A stretch of 32,000 nt of DNA. It comes from Formosa sp. Hel1_33_131 (GTDB lineage: Bacteria > Bacteroidota > Bacteroidia > Flavobacteriales > Flavobacteriaceae). Shown piece by piece: positions 5,885 to 13,763 of the stretch. The notes beneath the pieces are model-generated. The model saw nothing but the letters and a program-made list of their open reading frames with translations. It ran no database searches and had not been told where the DNA came from. The stretch lies in contig NZ_CP017260.1 of the NCBI RefSeq assembly GCF_001735745.1, positions 60,001 through 92,000 of the forward strand, in the 5' to 3' direction. The position numbers and the translations under genes are program-made. How positions within the stretch are numbered: position 1 is the stretch's first letter; each line of letters opens with the position of its first letter.

Positions 5885-7645
5885 ATGCCAACAGCCATTC
5901 ATGGACATACAATGCAGTTTAACAGCGTTACTGAAAAGCTACCGAAGCACCTTCATAAGTTTATAGTACAACAACCTTATAAAGACTATACGGCTCAAAA
6001 TCAAGCGGTATGGCGGTATGTGATGCGTTTGAATATTCATGTTTTAAAACAAATAGCGCATAAAAGTTACAGCAATGGTCTAAAAAAAACGGGAATCGAT
6101 GAGGAAACAATTCCTAAAATGGAAGGCATGAATCGCATTCTGAAAGACATTGGATGGGCAGCCGTTGCTGTCGATGGATTTATTCCACCCAATGCCTTTA
6201 TGGAATTTCAAGCCTATAATGTGCTCGTAATTTCTTCTGATATTAGAACCATTGACCACATAAATTATACACCCGCTCCCGACATTATTCACGAAGCAGC
6301 AGGACATGCGCCTATCATTGCAAATCCAGAATACTCGGAATACCTAAGACGGTTAGGAGAGATTGGTTGTAAAGCCATTTCATCACCCAAAGACGATGAA
6401 ATGTACGAGGCCATTCGGCTTTTATCCATTTTAAAAGAGAATCCAAATTCTACAAAAACAGAAATTTTGGAAGCTACCAAAGCTGTAAATACGCTTCAAG
6501 AAAATATGGGTGAACTTTCTGAAATGGCTAAAATTAGAAACCTCCATTGGTGGACAGTTGAATATGGACTTATTGGAACACTCGAAAATCCAAAATTATA
6601 TGGCGCAGGTTTGTTATCTTCCATCGAAGAAAGTCAATTGTGTTTAAAAAAAGAGGTGAAAAAAATTCCGTATTCAATTGAAGCAGCCGAAGTCAATTTT
6701 GACATTACCAACACTCAACCCCAATTATTTGTCATTCCTAACTTTGCAAGTCTTAGCTTTGTTTTAGAAAAATTTGCAAATACCATGGCGATACGAACTG
6801 GCGGTTTAAAAGGGTTGAAAAAACTGATTGTTTCCAAAAAACTGGGAACGATCGAATTGAGTACAGGCATTCAAGTGTCAGGAATATTTAACAACGTTTT
6901 AGACGCCAACAACACCCCTATTTACTTTCAAACCAACAGTCCAACAGCATTATCTGTTAATGGAACCGAACTAATTGGGCACGGAACCGAACAACACCCT
7001 AGTGGGTTTGGGAGTCCCGTAGGAAAATTAGAGGGAATTAATATTGCGATTGAAGACATGTCTCCAAAAGACCTGGAAGTTTATGGTATTGTGGAAGGTA
7101 AAACGACCCGTCTTAATTTTGAAGGGGGCGTCACAGTTGAAGGAAAAATCATTACAGGCAAAAGAGATCTTCAAGGAAAAATTATTTTAATCACGTTTAA
7201 GAACTGTAGAGTTACCCATTTTGAGACCGTCTTATTTGATCCGAGTTGGGGTGTTTACGACATGGCCATCGGAAACCATATCTGTTCCGCATTTGCGGGT
7301 CCAGCGGATTCAAATTCTTTTGAAGATATATATACGATTTCAGAAACGAAAACCGCTAAAATCATTTATTCTGATAAAGAACAACAACTGCATCAACTGT
7401 ATGAAACCGTAAAAAATCATAGAATTCAAAAAATAGTAGATTTTAATTCTTTAACATCTGTATTTAAGGAAGTTAAATCAAACTATCCCTCAGAATGGTT
7501 AATCTTATTGGAATTGTATGAGTTGGTTTACGATAAAGATTTATCTTTAATGGATGCGGTTTACGAGCAGCTGCTCACATTGAAAAAAAACAAACATTTT
7601 ACCAAGCTCATCACTGATGGTTTGGATTTAATTATTAAAAAATAA
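5885..7645 (+). CDS. Aromatic amino acid hydroxylase (phenylalanine-4-hydroxylase-like), long form with uncharacterised C-terminal extension
   Basis: Iron-ligand motifs of the pterin-dependent AAAH family are present: PAPDIIHEAAGHAP (HEAAGH at 6290-6307), HWWTVEYGL and YGAGLLSS (from 6599). The ORF track starts at TTG 5873, which abuts the hppD stop; I list the first ATG (5885). The start is uncertain and another ATG lies at 5912. Confidence 0.85.
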   Translation: MPTAIHGHTMQFNSVTEKLPKHLHKFIVQQPYKDYTAQNQAVWRYVMRLNIHVLKQIAHKSYSNGLKKTGIDEETIPKMEGMNRILKDIGWAAVAVDGFIPPNAFMEFQAYNVLVISSDIRTIDHINYTPAPDIIHEAAGHAPIIANPEYSEYLRRLGEIGCKAISSPKDDEMYEAIRLLSILKENPNSTKTEILEATKAVNTLQENMGELSEMAKIRNLHWWTVEYGLIGTLENPKLYGAGLLSSIEESQLCLKKEVKKIPYSIEAAEVNFDITNTQPQLFVIPNFASLSFVLEKFANTMAIRTGGLKGLKKLIVSKKLGTIELSTGIQVSGIFNNVLDANNTPIYFQTNSPTALSVNGTELIGHGTEQHPSGFGSPVGKLEGINIAIEDMSPKDLEVYGIVEGKTTRLNFEGGVTVEGKIITGKRDLQGKIILITFKNCRVTHFETVLFDPSWGVYDMAIGNHICSAFAGPADSNSFEDIYTISETKTAKIIYSDKEQQLHQLYETVKNHRIQKIVDFNSLTSVFKEVKSNYPSEWLILLELYELVYDKDLSLMDAVYEQLLTLKKNKHFTKLITDGLDLIIKK

Positions 7646-7648
7646 CGT

Positions 7649-8884
7649 ATGCAATCTTGGATTAAAATTGATAATAATTCTGATTTTAGTATTTATAATT
7701 TACCCTTTGGTATTTTTTCAGAATCCGATCACATCAAAAGAGTTGGTGTTGCTATTGGAGATAAAATAGTAGATGTATATGCCGCTTTTGAGTTGGGTGT
7801 TTTTAAAGATTTAGATTTTGATATTACCGTCTTAGAGTCAGAGTACTTAAATGATTTTATTGCCTTAGGGAAATCGACGACCGTAAAAATCAGAGAATAC
7901 ATTCAAGTCGAATTATGCAATGAAAATTCTGTATTAAAATCACACCCTTCTGTATTTATAAAACAAAGCTCCGTGCAGATGCATTTACCTGTAAAAGTCG
8001 GTGATTATACCGATTTTTATTCAAGCATAGAACACGCCACCAATATAGGCACCATGTTCAGAGATCCTGACAATGCGTTGCTGCCAAACTGGAAACATTT
8101 ACCCGTTGGTTATCACGGACGCGCTTCCTCTATCATCGTTAGTGGTGAAAACGTACACCGTCCAAAAGGACAGGTGGTTTTAGCTCCCAATACGGCGCCT
8201 GTTTTTCAAGCCTCTACACGAGTAGACTTTGAACTAGAAATGGGCTTTATCATCGGGAAATCAACCAAACTTGGCGATTCTGTTTCAACAGATGCCGCTG
8301 ATGAGTATATTTTTGGAAAGGTATTATTTAACGACTGGTCGGCACGGGACATTCAAAAATGGGAATACGTTCCTTTAGGTCCCTTTTTAGCGAAAAGTTT
8401 TGCATCATCTATGTCGCCATGGGTGGTGACTTTAGAAGCTTTAGAACCGTTTAAAATTGACGGTCCTAAACAAGAACCGACGGTTCTGCCCTATTTGAAT
8501 TTCAAGGGATCTAAAAATTATGACATTAATTTAGAAGTATCCATTCAACCAGAAAATTGTAAAGAAACGGTGGTGAGTCACTCCAATTTCAAATATATGT
8601 ATTGGAACATGAACCAACAGCTAGCGCATCATACCGTTAATGGTTGTAATTTGAATGTAGGCGATTTAATGGCTTCAGGCACCATCAGTGGAAAAAGTCC
8701 CGATTCCTATGGATCAATGCTCGAGTTGTCGTGGGCAGGCTCAAAACCTGTGGAACTACTTGAAGGAGGCTCACGTAAATTTATTCAAGATAATGATACC
8801 GTGATTATGAGAGGTCATTGTCAAAAAGGTGAAATCCGAGTTGGGTTTGGAGCCGTTAAATCAACACTTTTAAAAACTACTTAA
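7649..8884 (+). CDS. fahA: Fumarylacetoacetase (fumarylacetoacetate hydrolase)
   Basis: ORF of 411 aa. Motifs include SWI...DFSIYNLPFGIF, DYTDFYSSIEHATNIGTMFRDPDNALLPNWKHLPVGYHGRASS and FELEMGFIIGK. It starts 3 nt after the hydroxylase stop. Confidence 0.93.
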   Translation: MQSWIKIDNNSDFSIYNLPFGIFSESDHIKRVGVAIGDKIVDVYAAFELGVFKDLDFDITVLESEYLNDFIALGKSTTVKIREYIQVELCNENSVLKSHPSVFIKQSSVQMHLPVKVGDYTDFYSSIEHATNIGTMFRDPDNALLPNWKHLPVGYHGRASSIIVSGENVHRPKGQVVLAPNTAPVFQASTRVDFELEMGFIIGKSTKLGDSVSTDAADEYIFGKVLFNDWSARDIQKWEYVPLGPFLAKSFASSMSPWVVTLEALEPFKIDGPKQEPTVLPYLNFKGSKNYDINLEVSIQPENCKETVVSHSNFKYMYWNMNQQLAHHTVNGCNLNVGDLMASGTISGKSPDSYGSMLELSWAGSKPVELLEGGSRKFIQDNDTVIMRGHCQKGEIRVGFGAVKSTLLKTT

Positions 8885-8894
8885 AAAAAATAGC

Positions 8895-9527
8895 ATGTCA
8901 ACCATAAAATCATTTGATCCCGAATTACTAGAAACTAGAGATGTTCATAGACTGCTCTCCTCCGCTATTGCTCCAAGACCTATTGCGTTTGCAAGTACCA
9001 TAGACGCCAAGGGAAATGTCAACTTGAGTCCATTTAGCTTTTTTAATGTATTTAGCTCTAATCCACCCATATTAATTTTCTCACCGGCAAGACGTGTACG
9101 CGATAACACTACAAAACATACGCTTCAAAATGCTACAGAAACAAAAGAAGTAGTGATTAATATCGTTGATTATTCAATTGTCGAACAAATGTCAGAAACG
9201 AGTAAAGAGTATGACAAAGGCGTGAATGAATTTACAGAAACAGGATTGACTGAAGTCCCCTCGATTAAAGTGAAGCCCCCGAGAGTTATGGAATCCCCAG
9301 TCTCTTTTGAATGTGTAGTTGAAAATATTGTCTCTCTTGGTGAACATGGCGGTGCTGGCCAATTGATCATAGCCAAAGTAGTTCACATCCATGTGAAATC
9401 GGAGTTCTTAGATGAAAACAACCAAATTGATTCCGAAAAATTAGATCTTGTCGCACGCTTAGGGGGTGATTGGTACACCCGTGTGACAAAAGATAGCATG
9501 TTTAAACTTGAAAAACCTGAAGGGTGA
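8895..9527 (+). CDS. Flavin reductase-like FMN-binding split-barrel protein
   Basis: ORF of 210 aa. LLSSAIAPRPIAFASTIDAKGNVNLSPFSFFNVFSSNPPILIFS is typical of COG1853-type flavin reductase family proteins. It starts 10 nt after the fahA stop on the same strand. Confidence 0.85.
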   Translation: MSTIKSFDPELLETRDVHRLLSSAIAPRPIAFASTIDAKGNVNLSPFSFFNVFSSNPPILIFSPARRVRDNTTKHTLQNATETKEVVINIVDYSIVEQMSETSKEYDKGVNEFTETGLTEVPSIKVKPPRVMESPVSFECVVENIVSLGEHGGAGQLIIAKVVHIHVKSEFLDENNQIDSEKLDLVARLGGDWYTRVTKDSMFKLEKPEG

Positions 9528-9548
9528 TTTCGTATTTATTGTGTCTAA

Positions 9549-10937
9549 TTACTTTCCAATACAAAAGTTTGCAAAGATATTCCCTAACAGGTCGTCTGAA
9601 GTAATTTCGCCGGTAATCTCACCAAAATGATACAATGCCTGACGGATGTCTATTGCTAATAAATCTCCAGAAAGGTTAGCATCCATCCCCTGTTGTACTT
9701 TTTGAACTTCAGCCAGTGCTTTTAAAAGAGAATCGTAATGTCTGGAGTTTGTAATGATGGTATCATTATTTCTCAAAGCACCTGTATTTACAAATTCTAA
9801 CAACTTCGCTTTTAAAGTATCGATACCCAACCCGCTTTTAGCAGAAGTAAAAAGCGTATGAGGATATACAAAAGAGGTTTCAATATATTCCTGATCCGCT
9901 TCATCCATTTTATTAGCTACAACGATCAGTTGTTTATCTGGGTACTGTTCTTGAATTTTTCGAATCTCTGAATTAAAAATCTGAATAGTTTCTGTTGTGA
10001 CCTTAGTAGCATCTAGTAAATATAATACCACTTGGGATTGGGTGATTTTTTCAAATGTTTTTTTGATACCGATACTTTCAATGGCATCCTTGGTGGTTCG
10101 AATGCCCGCTGTATCTATAAATCGAAACTTAATGCCTTCGATTGTAATTTCATCTTCGATAGCATCACGAGTTGTTCCAGCAATATCACTTACAATGGCT
10201 TTATCTTCGTTTAAAAGCGCGTTTAATAACGTAGATTTCCCCACATTAGGTGCCCCAATTATAGAAATTGGAATTCCATTTTTGATTACATTCCCGGTTG
10301 AAAACGAATCAATCAAATGTTTTAATACCTTAATAATACGTTCTAATAAATCTTCAAATTGTTTCCGATCTGCAAACTCTACATCTTCCTCAGAAAAATC
10401 AAGTTCTAATTCAATCAAGGAAGCAAAGTTTAACAACTCATCACGTAAAACTTTAATCTCATTACTAAACCCTCCACGCATCTGTTGCATAGCAATTTGA
10501 TGGGAGGCTTTGTTATCACTAGCAATCAAATCAGCTACGGCTTCGGCCTGACTCAAATCGAGCTTTGCGTTGAGAAATGCACGGAGGGTAAATTCCCCTG
10601 GATTTGCAATACGCGCTCCGTTACGTACAAATAATTGTATGATTTCTTGTTGTATATAAGAGCTCCCATGACAAGAAACCTCCACCACATCCTCACCTGT
10701 GTAGGATTTTGGATTTTTAAAAACAGATACCAATACTTCGTCCAAAATTCGTGAATCTTCTACGATATGTCCTAAATGAATGGTATGTGTTTTTTGAGTC
10801 GTTAGTTTTTTGGCATGTATCGATTTAAAAAACGCATCTACTTTCGTAATTGCTTCAGGGCCTGAAAGTCGAATAATAGCAATCGCGCCTGCTCCGGACG
10901 GAGTGGCTAAAGCAATAATAGTGTCGTTTTGATACAA
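9549..10937 (-). CDS. mnmE: tRNA modification GTPase MnmE
   Basis: ORF of 462 aa. N-terminus is DTIIALATPSGAGAIAIIRLSG, G1 motif GAPNVGKSTLLNAL, DTAGIR, and the C-terminal tetrapeptide CIGK. The start codon is TTG (complement of caa at 10935-10937); no in-frame ATG is nearby. Confidence 0.95.
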   Translation of the reverse strand: MYQNDTIIALATPSGAGAIAIIRLSGPEAITKVDAFFKSIHAKKLTTQKTHTIHLGHIVEDSRILDEVLVSVFKNPKSYTGEDVVEVSCHGSSYIQQEIIQLFVRNGARIANPGEFTLRAFLNAKLDLSQAEAVADLIASDNKASHQIAMQQMRGGFSNEIKVLRDELLNFASLIELELDFSEEDVEFADRKQFEDLLERIIKVLKHLIDSFSTGNVIKNGIPISIIGAPNVGKSTLLNALLNEDKAIVSDIAGTTRDAIEDEITIEGIKFRFIDTAGIRTTKDAIESIGIKKTFEKITQSQVVLYLLDATKVTTETIQIFNSEIRKIQEQYPDKQLIVVANKMDEADQEYIETSFVYPHTLFTSAKSGLGIDTLKAKLLEFVNTGALRNNDTIITNSRHYDSLLKALAEVQKVQQGMDANLSGDLLAIDIRQALYHFGEITGEITSDDLLGNIFANFCIGK

Positions 10938-10952
10938 TGGATTAATTTTTTA

Positions 10953-10960
10953 CAAAAGTA
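10953..10960 (-). promoter_or_regulatory. Candidate -7 box for mnmE (TACTTTTG on minus strand)
   Basis: Plus strand reads CAAAAGTA, 16 nt upstream of the mnmE TTG start. Confidence 0.35.
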
Positions 10961-10999
10961 TTAATATTACTTCAAATGGGAGAAGTAATATTTTTAATT

Positions 11000-11007
11000 T
11001 ATTTTTG
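11000..11007 (+). promoter_or_regulatory. Candidate -7 box for the TlpA-like gene (TATTTTTG)
   Basis: TAnnTTTG match 23 nt upstream of ATG 11030. It lies inside the longer ORF-track reading (start 10976), which argues for the shorter start. Confidence 0.35.
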
Positions 11008-11029
11008 TAAAAATTTAAAATACTTACAG

Positions 11030-12172
11030 ATGAAAACTCAAATCATTTCTATCCTTGTTATTGCACTTTTGTTTGGTTGCAAACCTTCAACGTCAAATCA
11101 TGAAGGCGAATACGAAGTATTTGTCAAAGCTGAGGGCGTTTATGATGGCTTAAGAGCCTATTTGATAAAGACTGAAAATGGCAGAAATAGAAAAGCCACC
11201 GATACTGCTATTGTTTTTAATGGAACGTTTCGTTTTAAAGGAGAAATAAAAGGGGCCGAAATGCGTGCCTTGACCATTGATGGCGTGAGAGGTCAAACCT
11301 CTGTTTTTATAGAACCTGGAAATATTAATATAGAAATTTATAAAGATAGTATTCATAAATCAAAAGTAGAAGGTACTTATAACAATAAAGTTTTTAATGA
11401 TTATAAAAATAAATACCAAGAAAAAACAGAAGCGATCGAGGCTGTGAAAGCTGAGTTCTTAAGTTCTGAAAAAGATTCAGAAGGCTTAAAAGCACTTCAA
11501 AAGAAAGGAGATTTTTTGAGAGCCCAATTGAAAAATTTCGGATATGAATTTATTGAAGAAAATAACGATTCCGATTTTTCATTATTTATATTGGAAGGTC
11601 TTACAGGACAAAAGGGCTTTGATCTGGAATTGGCAACTAAAGCCTACGAAAATATCGAAGAGTCTATCAAGACTAAAAACGAAACAAATCAACAGATCTC
11701 AAATCGTATTAAAGAAAAAATTGAAAGCAACCCAAATAAAGCGAAAATAAAAATTGGCATGAAAGCGCCTGACTTCTCTGCGCCTAATCCAGAGGGAGAA
11801 CAAATCACCTTAAGTAAAATTAAAGGAAAAGTTACCATTGTTGATTTTTGGGCCTCTTGGTGCAAGCCCTGCCGAATTGAAAACCCTAATTTGGTAAGAC
11901 TTTATGACACCTACCATTCAAAAGGATTAGAAATTATCAGTGTTTCATTGGAACGCGGAGATCAGAAAGCGTTTTGGATTGAGGCCATAAAAAAAGATCA
12001 ACTAAGTTGGTATAACGTCTCTAATCTAAAGTTCTGGCAAGACCCCATTGCACAAGCTTACAGTGTCAATTCGATTCCTGCGACCTTTATTTTGGACGAA
12101 AACGGAACTCTTATCGCCGAACGTTTAAGAGGTGCTGAATTGGAAGCGAAAATTAAGAGCTTATTGGAGTAA
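11030..12172 (+). CDS. TlpA/AhpC-TSA family thiol-disulfide oxidoreductase lipoprotein
   Basis: The C-terminal thioredoxin fold has the CxxC motif in IVDFWASWCKPCRIENP. From ATG 11030 the N-terminus MKTQIISILVIALLFGC is a lipoprotein signal. The ORF-track start at 10976 adds 18 non-signal residues and overlaps the candidate -7 box. Confidence 0.85.
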   Translation: MKTQIISILVIALLFGCKPSTSNHEGEYEVFVKAEGVYDGLRAYLIKTENGRNRKATDTAIVFNGTFRFKGEIKGAEMRALTIDGVRGQTSVFIEPGNINIEIYKDSIHKSKVEGTYNNKVFNDYKNKYQEKTEAIEAVKAEFLSSEKDSEGLKALQKKGDFLRAQLKNFGYEFIEENNDSDFSLFILEGLTGQKGFDLELATKAYENIEESIKTKNETNQQISNRIKEKIESNPNKAKIKIGMKAPDFSAPNPEGEQITLSKIKGKVTIVDFWASWCKPCRIENPNLVRLYDTYHSKGLEIISVSLERGDQKAFWIEAIKKDQLSWYNVSNLKFWQDPIAQAYSVNSIPATFILDENGTLIAERLRGAELEAKIKSLLE

Positions 12173-12189
12173 GTTAAGAATAGTTACTT

Positions 12190-12837
12190 CTAAATCTTAT
12201 TGTTTTTATGCATCACAAACAGAATAACAATTGGAATAGCGAGAACGATTACCATCCATAAATGAGTCTCTAAAACTTGAGGAGCAATCAACAATGTAAG
12301 AACATACCCTCCAATAGCTCCACCAAAATGGGCGTCGTGTCCTATATTTCCAACCCGTGATTTCATCCCATAAATGGAATACAACATATACCCGACTCCT
12401 ACCACATAAGATGGAATCGGAATGGGAATAAAATACAGATACAATTCCATTCCAGGGTACAACAAAATAGCGGCGTATAAGATGCCCGTCGCAGCACCAC
12501 TCGCTCCTACTGCAGAATAGTAAGGTTCATTTTTATGAAAGTAATAAGATAATAGGTTGCCAGAAATTAAACTGCCAAAATAAATCAAAAAGAAATAAAA
12601 CGGCCCCACGCTATTGATTACTATATCTCCAAAAATATAGAGTGCAAACATATTAAATAACAGATGTTGCAAGTCAACATGTAGAAACCCAGAGACCAAC
12701 ATACGGAGTTGTTCACCACGTTTGATGCCTCCCACATTAAACTTATACGTCTCAAAAAAAGAACGATCTTTAAAACCCTTAAAAGAGCAAAGTGCGTTGA
12801 GGGCTATAATAATCAGGGTATAAATAGAAATGTCCAT
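12190..12837 (-). CDS. Rhomboid-family intramembrane serine protease
   Basis: ORF of 215 aa, polytopic. Motifs are HVDLQHLLFNM (H...N), the catalytic GASGAATG serine motif, and HDAHFGGAIGG (His plus GxxxG). Confidence 0.85.
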   Translation of the reverse strand: MDISIYTLIIIALNALCSFKGFKDRSFFETYKFNVGGIKRGEQLRMLVSGFLHVDLQHLLFNMFALYIFGDIVINSVGPFYFFLIYFGSLISGNLLSYYFHKNEPYYSAVGASGAATGILYAAILLYPGMELYLYFIPIPIPSYVVGVGYMLYSIYGMKSRVGNIGHDAHFGGAIGGYVLTLLIAPQVLETHLWMVIVLAIPIVILFVMHKNNKI

Positions 12838-12858
12838 AGGGATATATTAAATAAACTA

Positions 12859-12866
12859 TATATTTG
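12859..12866 (+). promoter_or_regulatory. Candidate -7 box for the acyltransferase gene (TATATTTG)
   Basis: TAnnTTTG match 25 nt upstream of ATG 12891. Confidence 0.35.
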
Positions 12867-12890
12867 CGACTGTAAATTTAATCTTTTTAA

Positions 12891-13763
12891 ATGCAATTAC
12901 TAGCGTACATTTTAATTTACCCAATTTTGTGGATGGTTTCCATTCTCCCATTTCGATTGCTATACGCCGTTTCAGACCTTTTATATGTGTTGATGTACCA
13001 TGTTTTTGGCTATAGAAAAAAAACTGTTCGAGAGAATCTTAAACTTGTATTCCCTGAAAAATCGGATTTAGAAATTAAGACGATTTCAAAGAAATTCTAT
13101 CACCATTTTTGTGATATGATTTTGGAATCTATCAAATCAATGAATATTTCCTTGGAGTCCATGAAGGCGCGTTACACCTTTAAAAATTTGGATATCATTA
13201 AGGGTTTTGAAAAACAAAACAAAAGCATCGTGCTTATGTGTGCGCACTATGGTAGTTGGGAATGGATTTTTATTCTTCAAACCTACACGAGTCATCGCGG
13301 TTATGGCATCTATAAAAGACTTCAAAACAAGTATTTCGATCGCTTAATCAAGTCCATTAGAGCCCGTTACAACAGTTATCTCATTACAACCAAAGAAACA
13401 TTTTCTGTTTTGGAAGAAGCCAAAAAAAATGGCATTCTGTCCATGAATGGATTTGCCTCCGACCAATCGCCTAAGAAAGACAAAGCCCGTCACTGGAATG
13501 AATTTATGGGTATTAAAGTTCCCGTACATACTGGTGCCGAAATGATGGCTAAAAAACTGGACATGCCTGTTGTGTTTTTTGCTGTAGAACGTAAAAAAAG
13601 AGGATACTATGAAGCAACCTTTCAAACCTTGGCAGAAAACCCAACTGACTTTAAGGATTATGAAATTACTGACAAATTTCTAAAACTTGTGGAAACTCAA
13701 ATTCACGAAGCGCCTGAATATTACCTTTGGACGCACAAACGTTGGAAACATCGCGAGCTTTAA
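12891..13763 (+). CDS. Lipid A biosynthesis (LpxL/HtrB-type) lysophospholipid acyltransferase family protein
   Basis: ORF of 290 aa with an N-terminal membrane anchor. It carries the acyltransferase H(x)4(D/E) motif in CAHYGSWEW and the C-terminal YYLWTHKRWK typical of this family. Confidence 0.8.
   Translation: MQLLAYILIYPILWMVSILPFRLLYAVSDLLYVLMYHVFGYRKKTVRENLKLVFPEKSDLEIKTISKKFYHHFCDMILESIKSMNISLESMKARYTFKNLDIIKGFEKQNKSIVLMCAHYGSWEWIFILQTYTSHRGYGIYKRLQNKYFDRLIKSIRARYNSYLITTKETFSVLEEAKKNGILSMNGFASDQSPKKDKARHWNEFMGIKVPVHTGAEMMAKKLDMPVVFFAVERKKRGYYEATFQTLAENPTDFKDYEITDKFLKLVETQIHEAPEYYLWTHKRWKHREL

Noticed and set aside
9997-10500. 167-aa plus-strand ORF (plus the 60-aa ORF at 10032..10214) antisense to mnmE
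   Set aside because: It lies entirely inside a gene with unambiguous MnmE motifs on the other strand. The translation is low-complexity and Ser/Ile-rich with no recognisable motif. Long antisense ORFs are expected by chance in AT-rich coding DNA.
10976-11029. N-terminal extension of the TlpA-like ORF (MGEVIFLIYFCKNLKYLQ...) given by the ORF track
   Set aside because: The extension contains a TAnnTTTG box (11000-11007). Starting at ATG 11030 instead yields a clean lipoprotein signal peptide.
13760-13763. TTAA where the acyltransferase stop (TAA, plus strand) and the glmM stop (TAA, minus strand) overlap by 4 nt
   Set aside because: It is a real feature but a trivial consequence of convergent genes in a compact genome. 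No hairpin or other element is associated with it.
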